Source: an uncultured Bacteroides sp. (GTDB lineage: Bacteria > Bacteroidota > Bacteroidia > Bacteroidales > Bacteroidaceae). From it: a DNA stretch of 64,000 nt. Below the pieces are notes generated by a model that was given only the letters and a program-made list of their open reading frames with translations, searched no databases and had not been told where the DNA came from. Numbering within the stretch: position 1 is the first letter of the stretch; each line of letters starts with the position of its first letter. The translations under genes and the position numbers were made by a program. Shown piece after piece: positions 9,715-18,630 of this stretch. The DNA lies in contig USAN01000004.1 of NCBI GenBank assembly GCA_900552645.1, positions 353 through 64,352 of the forward strand, given 5' to 3'.

Positions 9715-9732
9715 AATCAGAGCTGTTTTTTT
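9704..9732 (+). terminator. Hairpin formed by the 3' ends of two convergent genes
   Basis: AACAGCTCTGA-AA-TCAGAGCTGTT followed by a T-run. Confidence 0.6.
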
Positions 9733-10910
9733 ATTGTTGTCCACCCATATATCATAACTACCACAAATGAAAGAAGTGGTATTATAAAAGAAAACGACAT
9801 CGATGTCTGGTCGGCCATATAACCCATTACAAGCGGTCCTACTGCGCCTCCAATAGGAGTCATCATAAGATAAGAAGATGCTCTCTTTGTATAATTACCT
9901 AATCCTATAAGTGATAATGCAAATATAGTAGGAAACATTATAGCTTCGAATATATATATTCCAAATATAGAAAAGAGAGACAATTTTCCTAAATCTAGCA
10001 CTATGAAAAGTGTAAATATTACGGTAAATATTCCACATACAAACAGAATCTTCTGAGCCGCTATTTTTCTCATTATCCAACTTCCTATAAATCTTCCGCA
10101 CATAAATAATCCCAGTCCTCCGAAGGAAAGGAAGATTGATGCATCTTTAGCATTCATCCATCCATCATCTACTACATAGTTTATAAAAAAGCTATTAATT
10201 GATATTTCAGCTATTTCATAGCTGAAAAGGGCTATAAGACCGAATATAAAAAGATTATTCTTCCATAAACTTTTATGCATAGTGGATACTTCTTCATCTT
10301 CATGAAGAATTTCGGGAAGATTTACTTTAGAAAATACTAAGGCTACTGCTATTACTACTACTCCCATAATAGTATAAGGCAACGCTATACTTCCTTCACC
10401 ATTGTCCGAAAAAAGAATAAATCCTCCTATAAGTGGACCACATATACACCCCAGCCCATTGAACGATTGGGCGAAGTTAAGACGACTGGCAGCAGTCGAT
10501 TTTCCTCCCAATTCTGTCATGTAAGGATTAGCCGCAGTCTCAAGAAAAACAAGTCCGCAAGCTATAACAAATAGAGAAAAAAGAAAAAAATTGAAGGACA
10601 TCATCATTTCTCCCGGTATAAACATAAATGATCCGGCTCCATATAACAATAATCCTAATACTACTCCTTTACGATACCCATATTTTGTTATGAATAGTCC
10701 TGCAGGAATTGCCATTATAAAATACCCAAGATAAAACATAACCTGTATCATCGCAGAATGTGTGCGAGTTATATTCATTTCTTGCTGAAAATGCTTGTTC
10801 AGCACATCCAAAATAGAATGTGCAAATCCCCATAAAAAGAAAAGAGAGGTTACTAATATAAAAGGCAGCAGATATTTTCTTGCCACCAGTGAATTTTCAG
10901 ATTCTTTCAT
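9717..10910 (-). CDS. MFS sugar transporter (FucP/GluP family)
   Basis: LFFLWGFA, FLETAANPY, RLNFAQSFNGLG, IMFPTIFAL; about 12 TM segments. Confidence 0.9.
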   Translation of the reverse strand: MKESENSLVARKYLLPFILVTSLFFLWGFAHSILDVLNKHFQQEMNITRTHSAMIQVMFYLGYFIMAIPAGLFITKYGYRKGVVLGLLLYGAGSFMFIPGEMMMSFNFFLFSLFVIACGLVFLETAANPYMTELGGKSTAASRLNFAQSFNGLGCICGPLIGGFILFSDNGEGSIALPYTIMGVVVIAVALVFSKVNLPEILHEDEEVSTMHKSLWKNNLFIFGLIALFSYEIAEISINSFFINYVVDDGWMNAKDASIFLSFGGLGLFMCGRFIGSWIMRKIAAQKILFVCGIFTVIFTLFIVLDLGKLSLFSIFGIYIFEAIMFPTIFALSLIGLGNYTKRASSYLMMTPIGGAVGPLVMGYMADQTSMSFSFIIPLLSFVVVMIYGWTTIKKQL

Positions 10911-10914
10911 CTAA

Positions 10915-11640
10915 TTAAAATAATAAGTTGGGTATGTATTCTAAAGAACTTACAATAGCATCCGGAACTGTCTTGTCGATAATTTCATTTCCCCAGCCTT
11001 TTCCTTCTAGCCAAATAGTCTTACATCCTATGGAACTTGCAGGAACGATATCTTTTGAAAATGAATCACCAATAACAACTACATCTTGAGCAGGTAATTC
11101 CAAAGATTTAACTCCCAGAGCAAATATCGCTGGGTCGGGTTTTCTAACTTTAACTACAGATGATTCAATCACATCTATAAAATAAGAATCTAGTCCGAAA
11201 TCTTTCAATATAGTATGAATATTACCATAGAAATTAGAAACAAGTACAACCTTGTATTTCTCGGAAAGTTTCTTTACAACTGGAGCTGTAACTTTCAATG
11301 TTTCAAGAACAAAATTATAGCAGTCATCAGCTACTATTCTTGCATAATGATTCAATTCGGTAATATCTACATCAATAATGTGTTGTGAAGCCAAATACTG
11401 AAGTTCAAGATTTACTTTTATATTCAATACATCATGAAAATTATGACTCGGTGTTATATAAGGAAATTTTGCCAAAGCTCGTTCTGCAAAAACATAGGCT
11501 TCGCGGAAATCTTCATAATTTACAGGTATTTTATTTTTCTTATAAGAACTCCACAATACTTCGGCCCAATGACAGCTATTTGTATCGATGGTACCTCCAT
11601 AATCAAATATTACTCCTTTAATTTCTAATATTTTATTCAT
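10915..11640 (-). CDS. HAD-superfamily phosphatase
   Basis: FDYGGTID, VSNF, KPDPAIF, IGDS..KDI. Confidence 0.9.
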   Translation of the reverse strand: MNKILEIKGVIFDYGGTIDTNSCHWAEVLWSSYKKNKIPVNYEDFREAYVFAERALAKFPYITPSHNFHDVLNIKVNLELQYLASQHIIDVDITELNHYARIVADDCYNFVLETLKVTAPVVKKLSEKYKVVLVSNFYGNIHTILKDFGLDSYFIDVIESSVVKVRKPDPAIFALGVKSLELPAQDVVVIGDSFSKDIVPASSIGCKTIWLEGKGWGNEIIDKTVPDAIVSSLEYIPNLLF

Positions 11641-12650
11641 TTTAATTGATTTTTAGTATGTTCTGCCTGATTTCCTATTTTCATCAACAATACACCTACA
11701 ACAATCCAAAACAGTTCTCTTATTCTTGTTATTAGACCCGTATATACACCGAACGCACCAGGAATGGCTAGTCCGCCTACTGCCAATGCAAATCCACCCT
11801 CACGAGCTCCAAGTTGCATGGGCGAGAAGAAAAAAAGATTAGCAAACAAAGAAGTAAAAGCCATGATAAGTATACATGCCGGGAAACTGACATCTGACGT
11901 AAGAATATTCAATATAAAATAAACTTCTATACATCCTACAATACGCGCCATAAATTCTAATCCCAGTGAAGAGTAGAATGTCGTTTTTCTCTGCCCGTGC
12001 AGTTCAGCAATCTGAGAATCTATCTTCTGCAGAGTTTCATATTTATTTTCCAGGAACTTAGTAGCCCATTTCTTTATTAACGGTACATGCTGAAGCATTT
12101 TCAGTGTTTTAAGAGTCATACCGTTATTATAACCTTTCATGAATATGTATATAGCTATTAGGCAACATATACCTACAATTAAAAGCAAAGAACCAGTAAA
12201 TATATTTACTGGGCATAGAGTTATATATAGGAATATAGAAAAGAACCAGAAACAGAAATGAGAAAATATATGCATCATCACATATAGAATTACTGAAGAT
12301 GTAGCCTTACTAGCACCAGTATATGGAGTAAGTTCCATAATTCTATATGGTTCTCCCCCCATCAAACCTACAGGAGTTGCATAATTCAGTGCAAATCCTG
12401 AGATAGTAAGTTTATATACTTTCCAAAATGAAATTGGAGTTTTCTTTTCACCATTTCTTATAATCATATACCAAGAACAGGTATTAAGCAGATATATTAC
12501 AACCCATAAAGCCAATATTGCAGGAAGCCATACGCCAGCTCTTTTCAGTCCATCCCAAAGTTCATTATACTCCATATTGAATGAAGAGAGCATTATTACA
12601 ATGGCAGATATCCCAAAAATAAGAAAGATATTACGATATTTATTTTTCAC
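11637..12650 (-). CDS. Lysylphosphatidylglycerol-synthase TM-domain (flippase-like) protein
   Basis: NYATPVGLMGGEPYR and SPMQLGAREGGF motifs; multi-TM; GTG start overlapping the upstream stop. Confidence 0.85.
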   Translation of the reverse strand: MKNKYRNIFLIFGISAIVIMLSSFNMEYNELWDGLKRAGVWLPAILALWVVIYLLNTCSWYMIIRNGEKKTPISFWKVYKLTISGFALNYATPVGLMGGEPYRIMELTPYTGASKATSSVILYVMMHIFSHFCFWFFSIFLYITLCPVNIFTGSLLLIVGICCLIAIYIFMKGYNNGMTLKTLKMLQHVPLIKKWATKFLENKYETLQKIDSQIAELHGQRKTTFYSSLGLEFMARIVGCIEVYFILNILTSDVSFPACILIMAFTSLFANLFFFSPMQLGAREGGFALAVGGLAIPGAFGVYTGLITRIRELFWIVVGVLLMKIGNQAEHTKNQLK

Positions 12651-13594
12651 TTTATCAAATATTTACAATATATATAATTACACATTTTCTCGTGCTTGAA
12701 ATGCATATAGAAGAAAATGGCGGTCATCACTACAATCTCGAATACAAAATATAGCCATGGCTCATCAATAAGCATACTTATATAAAGAGCAAGTGCACGA
12801 GTATTGAAAGTAAGTATATTTGTATATTTCATTAAAGGTCTACTATTACACAGTATTTCTTCTCTAACCTCCGTTGGCAGATTTTCTCCATATTTTTTCT
12901 TCAGACCGCCATTCATTCTTTGAAAATAGGGAGTCATACTCTCTTGCTGACGGGTATAGTTTCCATAGAAATATAAAAATATTTTCCACCATAGATTTTT
13001 CTTCCATCCCAACGAATCAAAAAGTTTACGTTGTTGTACAAAGTTATCCAACTCACTACCAGCATTTCCTTTAAGAAAATAGAGATGAATATTTCTGTAA
13101 TAATCAGCAAGCATGCATTGTTTACTATGGCATAGAATTCCTGCAACAAATGCAAGTAACCATATGTATATCCCCCATTCTATTTTACCTTCAGTAAAAG
13201 GAATAGGTGTATTTACCAAACGAAGACATATAGCAGCATAGATAGTAAAGAACCATATATCACCGGCGAACCCATCTAGCATTCTACCCCATCGTGTTTT
13301 CTGTCCTGTCATTCTGGCTAACTGCCCATCAGCACTATCATAATGATTGGCCCACATCAAAAGGAATATTCCTAATATAGTATGTTTCATATCAGGATAA
13401 TAAAACATTATACCGGCTGCCACACCCAATATTATAGAAAGTATAGTTACCACATTGGGATGTATCTTTAGCTTCTTGAATAACAAAGCCCATACATACC
13501 CTATAGGGCGATTAAAATAAATATCTAGGAATTCTTCCGTATCCATTGATTTGAAGGACGACTTCAAACCATCTTGTGTTTCTTTGGTGTTCAT
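12647..13594 (-). CDS. CDP-alcohol phosphatidyltransferase
   Basis: HPNVVT; DSADGQLAR-x8-GRMLDGFAGD signature. Confidence 0.92.
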   Translation of the reverse strand: MNTKETQDGLKSSFKSMDTEEFLDIYFNRPIGYVWALLFKKLKIHPNVVTILSIILGVAAGIMFYYPDMKHTILGIFLLMWANHYDSADGQLARMTGQKTRWGRMLDGFAGDIWFFTIYAAICLRLVNTPIPFTEGKIEWGIYIWLLAFVAGILCHSKQCMLADYYRNIHLYFLKGNAGSELDNFVQQRKLFDSLGWKKNLWWKIFLYFYGNYTRQQESMTPYFQRMNGGLKKKYGENLPTEVREEILCNSRPLMKYTNILTFNTRALALYISMLIDEPWLYFVFEIVVMTAIFFYMHFKHEKMCNYIYCKYLIK

Positions 13595-14466
13595 TATTTA
13601 CCGTTTATCAGTTTTTCTATCTTGTGTAATAAAAATTCTGCTATTTTGGCTCCGGCCTCTTCACGACAACGTGCAAAGCTGGGCCAGTCATTAAAATCTA
13701 TTATCTTTATATCTCCATTCGATGATACTACACAGTCACCTCCATATATCGGTACATTAAGAATTTCTGATGCTTTAGTACTATATTCTATTAGTTCATC
13801 AAGATCAAAAGAAAACCCTCTTGCCACTCCATTTATTGCTTCAAGACCAAATTTTGAATGCGAACATGGGGAAGGATAGAACCAATAAAAGAAGTCCGTA
13901 CCTCTTACCCCATAGAATTTAATAAGGTCTCCCTGTAAATGCTCATTTACTACAGCAACGGATATGCCACGAGCCTTAAAATCGTCCATGACCTTCCTAG
14001 CATCATCATGATTCTCAACAAAACATACATCATTCTTTACCATAGCATGCGAGTCACCTCTCTTTATCCAACACGGATAACTCTCAATGTCAAATTTATC
14101 ATTAGTATCTATTACAAAACTTTTAGGATGAGGGATACCGTTTTCTACAAGAAGCTCTGTCATTGCACGTCGACTGCAATTTTCTATTCCATAGGCAGAA
14201 TTTATTACTATAGCTCCGTCATCCTCCAAACTTTGCAGTCTAGAGATAGTTATCTTGTCGCGAGCCATATCAAAAATTAAATCTCCATTTATATTATCAT
14301 TTACAAAATCCTTTTCATGATAAATATCAATTTTATATCCTTTATGTTCAAGTTCTATTACTACATGATTGAATATAGCCGCATCATTACTTTCATGATT
14401 AGGTGAATATTGTGATCCTCTTCTTACACCAATTATTGAAATCTCATTATTATGTGATATTTCCAT
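13594..14466 (-). CDS. ATP-grasp fold protein, ITPK1-like by eye (candidate inositol-phosphate kinase)
   Basis: GIPHPKS, PCWIKRGDSH, NEHLQGDLIKFY, YGGD...IIDFNDWPSF. Confidence 0.7.
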   Translation of the reverse strand: MEISHNNEISIIGVRRGSQYSPNHESNDAAIFNHVVIELEHKGYKIDIYHEKDFVNDNINGDLIFDMARDKITISRLQSLEDDGAIVINSAYGIENCSRRAMTELLVENGIPHPKSFVIDTNDKFDIESYPCWIKRGDSHAMVKNDVCFVENHDDARKVMDDFKARGISVAVVNEHLQGDLIKFYGVRGTDFFYWFYPSPCSHSKFGLEAINGVARGFSFDLDELIEYSTKASEILNVPIYGGDCVVSSNGDIKIIDFNDWPSFARCREEAGAKIAEFLLHKIEKLINGK

Positions 14467-14472
14467 AGTCTA

Positions 14473-15177
14473 TTATTTTTCTGCCAGAAACTCTTCAGCT
14501 TTAATTATATCAGTAGCATGATCTACATCAATTATTTTCTTGAATGGCCATGCTTTCAAAGTTAATCTCTCCTTTACAAGAGCACGCTGAAAATTTCTCA
14601 TTCTTTCAACTCCGTTTTTAATACACTCATCAAGTACTTTTATGGCAGATGGTGAAAGACAATATATGCCTCCCGAGACAAAATGACAATCTTCTGTAAA
14701 CGAATCATGAAATCCTGTTATATTAAAATCATTATCTGTCGAAACATATAAAGGTTTCTCGTCATCAACAAATGTCGTTACTCCCATCAGCCCATCAATA
14801 CTGCATTCTTTGAAAGCTTTTATATACATTGCAAACTCTTCCTCTTTAAATATTGTATCGACAGTAGTGAGGCAGAATCTATCATTTTCAAGATATTTAC
14901 TAAGTTCGTAAAAACTATGCATGGAACTTGGAGTACTTTTCACCAATACAGTTAAAGGAACATCAAGATTATCTTTCATATCATAAAGAAAGTCTCTTGT
15001 CATAATATTCTCTTCATTCACTATTACGACTATCTCTTCGGCATCATTATTTATAAAAATACTAATAAGCCTTTCTATCATTACAGAGTTTCCAATAGGC
15101 GTAAGAGGTTTTGGCAATATAGCTCCTTCCTTGCTCAACCGCGATCCTTCACCAGCAGCAATAATTGCATATTTCAT
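14473..15177 (-). CDS. NTP transferase (candidate inositol-phosphate cytidylyltransferase)
   Basis: IIAAGEGSRL..PKPL, TTVD, DVDH. Confidence 0.88.
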   Translation of the reverse strand: MKYAIIAAGEGSRLSKEGAILPKPLTPIGNSVMIERLISIFINNDAEEIVVIVNEENIMTRDFLYDMKDNLDVPLTVLVKSTPSSMHSFYELSKYLENDRFCLTTVDTIFKEEEFAMYIKAFKECSIDGLMGVTTFVDDEKPLYVSTDNDFNITGFHDSFTEDCHFVSGGIYCLSPSAIKVLDECIKNGVERMRNFQRALVKERLTLKAWPFKKIIDVDHATDIIKAEEFLAEK

Positions 15178-15178
15178 C

Positions 15179-16276
15179 TTAAACTTCGTCTTCTATTGTA
15201 TCTAATTTCAATTTATCACTATCATCACGTCTTTCATAGTACTGCTTGCGCAAAGGACGAGCAGATATTTCACTTTCAATTTCTCGGCTACGGAAAATAT
15301 CAAGAGCTGTATATATAGCCTGACGGAAGGAATCTTCGGATGCAATTCCCTGTCCTGCTATATCATAAGCTGTACCATGAGCAGGAGAGGTTCTTACTAT
15401 AGGCAATCCTGCAGTATAATTTACTCCTTCATCCATAGCCAGAGCCTTGAAAGGTGCCAATCCTTGATCATGATACATAGCAAGTATGCCATCAAAATGC
15501 GAAAAATTTCCCGATCCCATGAATCCATCTGCCGGATAAGGACCAAAACATTGAATACCTTCAGTTACAAGTTCCTTTATTGCCGGCATAATAACTTCTC
15601 TCTCTTCATTACCTATCAATCCTTCATCGCCTGCATGTGGATTAAGAGAGAACACAGCTATTCGTGGAGAATCTATACCAAAATCTACCTTAAGTGATTT
15701 ATAGAATATTTCGGCTTTTTCCTTAATCAGATCTTTTGTTATAGTAGTTGAAATCTGACTTACAGGAATATGTCCTGTAACCAATGCTATGCGGAAGTCA
15801 TCTTTTAAAAGTATCATCAGTGCCTTATTTCCATCCCCAACTCTATTCTCTATATATTCTGTATGACCAGGAAAAGAGAATGTTTCTGACTGTATAGTCT
15901 TCTTATTAATAGGTGCTGTAACCAGCACATCTATCATTCCGTTATTATAGTCCTCCAAAGCACGCTCAAGCGAATCAAGCGCTGCCTTTCCGGCTTCTAT
16001 AGTAGGCAACCCAAGATCGACCTTAATGTCATCTTCAACACAATTAAGAACATTTACTCTGTCATCCTGAAATTCATTAATAGTATTAATTATACTAAAG
16101 GATGTTTGAATATCCATACTTTTTCTATGATATGTAGCAACCTTTGGCGAACCATATATTATAGGGGTACAAAGTTCCAACATAGAAGGATTTGAGAAAG
16201 TTTTCAATATTACTTCATATCCTATTCCGTTGATATCACCATGAGTAATACCTACGCGTATCTTTTTATTTTCCAT
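15179..16276 (-). CDS. pdxA: 4-hydroxythreonine-4-phosphate dehydrogenase
   Basis: GDINGIG, TAPINK, GHTEY, LNPHAG, YHDQGL, RTSPAHGTA. Confidence 0.95.
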   Translation of the reverse strand: MENKKIRVGITHGDINGIGYEVILKTFSNPSMLELCTPIIYGSPKVATYHRKSMDIQTSFSIINTINEFQDDRVNVLNCVEDDIKVDLGLPTIEAGKAALDSLERALEDYNNGMIDVLVTAPINKKTIQSETFSFPGHTEYIENRVGDGNKALMILLKDDFRIALVTGHIPVSQISTTITKDLIKEKAEIFYKSLKVDFGIDSPRIAVFSLNPHAGDEGLIGNEEREVIMPAIKELVTEGIQCFGPYPADGFMGSGNFSHFDGILAMYHDQGLAPFKALAMDEGVNYTAGLPIVRTSPAHGTAYDIAGQGIASEDSFRQAIYTALDIFRSREIESEISARPLRKQYYERRDDSDKLKLDTIEDEV

Positions 16277-16305
16277 CAATATAGATTTTGTCTTATTTTA
16301 CTATA

Positions 16306-17355
16306 TTACTTCTGTTTATTATCTTCTGTCATAATATCTCCTACAGGAATTTCTTCACTGTTCTTTTCATTTGGAAGTTTTAATGTATATAAAGAAGCTT
16401 CCATCTGTCTCATTAGATTACGCTTTAATTTATCCGGAGAATAGATAAATCCTTCAACAACAACTACACGCTTATTAGCCTTATCCACACGAGCATGTGA
16501 TACGAAAGGACCTCCCATCATATCATTTTCCATCTGCCACAATCCTCTTGCCTCGAATCCGTAATCACCCTTTACCGCTATATCCTTTACATCTACAAAT
16601 CTACCATCGGTAGCCATATACATCCCTTCACGTTCACCAGGAATATTTATTTTCATTACCGAATCGCGTTTGTTTATAAAATAATCTTTTGTAAATGTAT
16701 CTTTATCTGTATATGGATAAGTATATATAACAAAGTTCATATCGGCTGTTGCACGGTTTGTCGACGCCCAAAGAAAATCTTTTCCTACCTTGTAGTTAGA
16801 CAATTCAGAAGGTATCCATATATCTACGTCGAACATGCTCTTAACTTTAGCTCCGACTGCATCATTATGCTTTTCTTTAAGTAGTGATATCTGACGATTC
16901 ATTTCCGATTTTACGAAAAAGTCTATTATAAGCTGACCATGCTTTTCTACATATTCCTGAAAAGACTTTTCGTTTGGAGCCTGAATTGTCATTATCATCT
17001 GAGGAGAAGCATATACATCACGCGAAAATTTAAATTTAGGCTGAGTATATATCTCCTGAATATCGACCACTATAATGTTTCTGAAGATTTTCATTACACG
17101 ATCAAAATGATCCATATCTATAGTAGATATTCTGAAAGATCTTTCAGGTTGCGGCAATCCTGGAACGTCTTTATCAAGAACATTGAATAATGCTCGGCCA
17201 GCAGGCTTTTCCCATTGTGCTTTATTTACGACAACAAGCATCTCATATGGACGACCGCTTGAAGTTGGAGTAAAAAGATTCTTTTCACCTTTTTTGCATG
17301 ATGCCATCATTAACAACATCATCACAATACTTAAATATAGAAATGCTTTTTTCAT
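16306..17355 (-). CDS. DUF4837-family lipoprotein
   Basis: Lipobox MASC; SGRPYEMLVV, GLPQPE, RGLWQM..DMMGGPFVSH; lies between rlmN and pdxA. Confidence 0.75.
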   Translation of the reverse strand: MKKAFLYLSIVMMLLMMASCKKGEKNLFTPTSSGRPYEMLVVVNKAQWEKPAGRALFNVLDKDVPGLPQPERSFRISTIDMDHFDRVMKIFRNIIVVDIQEIYTQPKFKFSRDVYASPQMIMTIQAPNEKSFQEYVEKHGQLIIDFFVKSEMNRQISLLKEKHNDAVGAKVKSMFDVDIWIPSELSNYKVGKDFLWASTNRATADMNFVIYTYPYTDKDTFTKDYFINKRDSVMKINIPGEREGMYMATDGRFVDVKDIAVKGDYGFEARGLWQMENDMMGGPFVSHARVDKANKRVVVVEGFIYSPDKLKRNLMRQMEASLYTLKLPNEKNSEEIPVGDIMTEDNKQK

Positions 17356-17372
17356 ACTCTTTACTTTATTGG

Positions 17373-18419
17373 TTACTTGTTTTCCTGTTTTTCCTCTTCA
17401 TTCTTTGCTGTAGACAACATGCCACAAGCTGCAAATATATCTTCTCCTCTTGAAGCTCTTATTGTTGCAAATACTCCATGTTGAGTAAGATAATCTCTGA
17501 ATTCTACAATTTTGTCCATATCGGCAGGTGCAAATTCTGTATCTGGTATGGCATGAAATCTAATAAGATTTATTCTACACTCTATTCCCTTTAGAAGTCT
17601 TACAATTTCCTTGGCATATACCAGCGAATCATTCAATCCCTTAAATATAATATATTCAAAAGAGAGACGGCGCTGTTTTGTAAAGTCATACTGCTTAAGA
17701 GACTCCACCATTTCTTTTATTGAAAAAGCTATTTCGGCAGGCATCCAATCCTTACGCTGAGCCGGAAAAGGAGTATGCATACTCACTGCAAGATGACAAT
17801 CACTTTCATTCAAGAATCGTTCAAATCCTTTCTTCAAACCAACTGTTGATACAGTAATTCGTTTGGGACTCCATGCACATCCATAGTCCGATGTAAGGAT
17901 ATCCAACGCCTTTAATACCTCATCAATATTATCGAAAGGTTCACCCATCCCCATGAACACTACATTTGTAAGTTTTGAAGATTCTGGAATTGAGAAAATC
18001 TGATTAAGAATTTGATTGGCAGTAAGGTTTGCAGAAAAGCCTTGTCTTCCGGTCATACAAAACTTACATCCCATTTTGCATCCTACTTGAGAAGAGACAC
18101 ACAATGTTGCCCGTTCTTTATCGGGTATGTAGACTGACTCAATAAAATGATTCTGAGGAGTTTTAAAAAGATACTTTACTGTTCCATCTACGGAACGCAT
18201 TTCTTCAACAGGAGCCGACAAACCTATTTCATAGCTTTCATTCAATGCACTTCTGAACTTGGCCGAAAGATTTGTCATTTCATCTATAGATTTGATTTTT
18301 TTGTCATATATCCACGATGCTATTTGCTTTGCAGCAAACTTTGGCATTCCAATATTTTCGGTAATTTTCTGTAATTCATGGAGAGTTTTACCGACTAAAT
18401 TAGTTTTTAATGTATCCAT
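17373..18419 (-). CDS. rlmN: 23S rRNA m2A2503 methyltransferase RlmN
   Basis: CVSSQVGCKMGCKFC radical SAM motif, MGMGEP, DIFAACGML. Confidence 0.95.
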   Translation of the reverse strand: MDTLKTNLVGKTLHELQKITENIGMPKFAAKQIASWIYDKKIKSIDEMTNLSAKFRSALNESYEIGLSAPVEEMRSVDGTVKYLFKTPQNHFIESVYIPDKERATLCVSSQVGCKMGCKFCMTGRQGFSANLTANQILNQIFSIPESSKLTNVVFMGMGEPFDNIDEVLKALDILTSDYGCAWSPKRITVSTVGLKKGFERFLNESDCHLAVSMHTPFPAQRKDWMPAEIAFSIKEMVESLKQYDFTKQRRLSFEYIIFKGLNDSLVYAKEIVRLLKGIECRINLIRFHAIPDTEFAPADMDKIVEFRDYLTQHGVFATIRASRGEDIFAACGMLSTAKNEEEKQENK

Positions 18420-18444
18420 ATATTTATAATATACATTTATTGCA

Positions 18445-18452
18445 CAAATATA
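18445..18452 (-). promoter_or_regulatory. -7 promoter box (TATATTTG) for the rlmN operon
   Basis: TAnnTTTG 25 nt upstream of the ATG. Confidence 0.5.
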
Positions 18453-18630
18453 TATAAAAGCCTCTACTTATAAAAGTAAAAGAAAAAATAAAAGGAAATC
18501 ATGACTACTATGCCATACTTAAAGAACAAATTCATATAAATAAATAATAGAGATAATACATTTTTATTTTTATATTATATTTAAATAAATATTTTATATT
18601 ATGTTTGTATGTAATTTAATACATTTTAAT

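Noticed and set aside
8740..9730. Invertible (phase-variable) segment carrying the PfkB gene
   Set aside because: No matching inverted repeat at the upstream side and no recombinase nearby.
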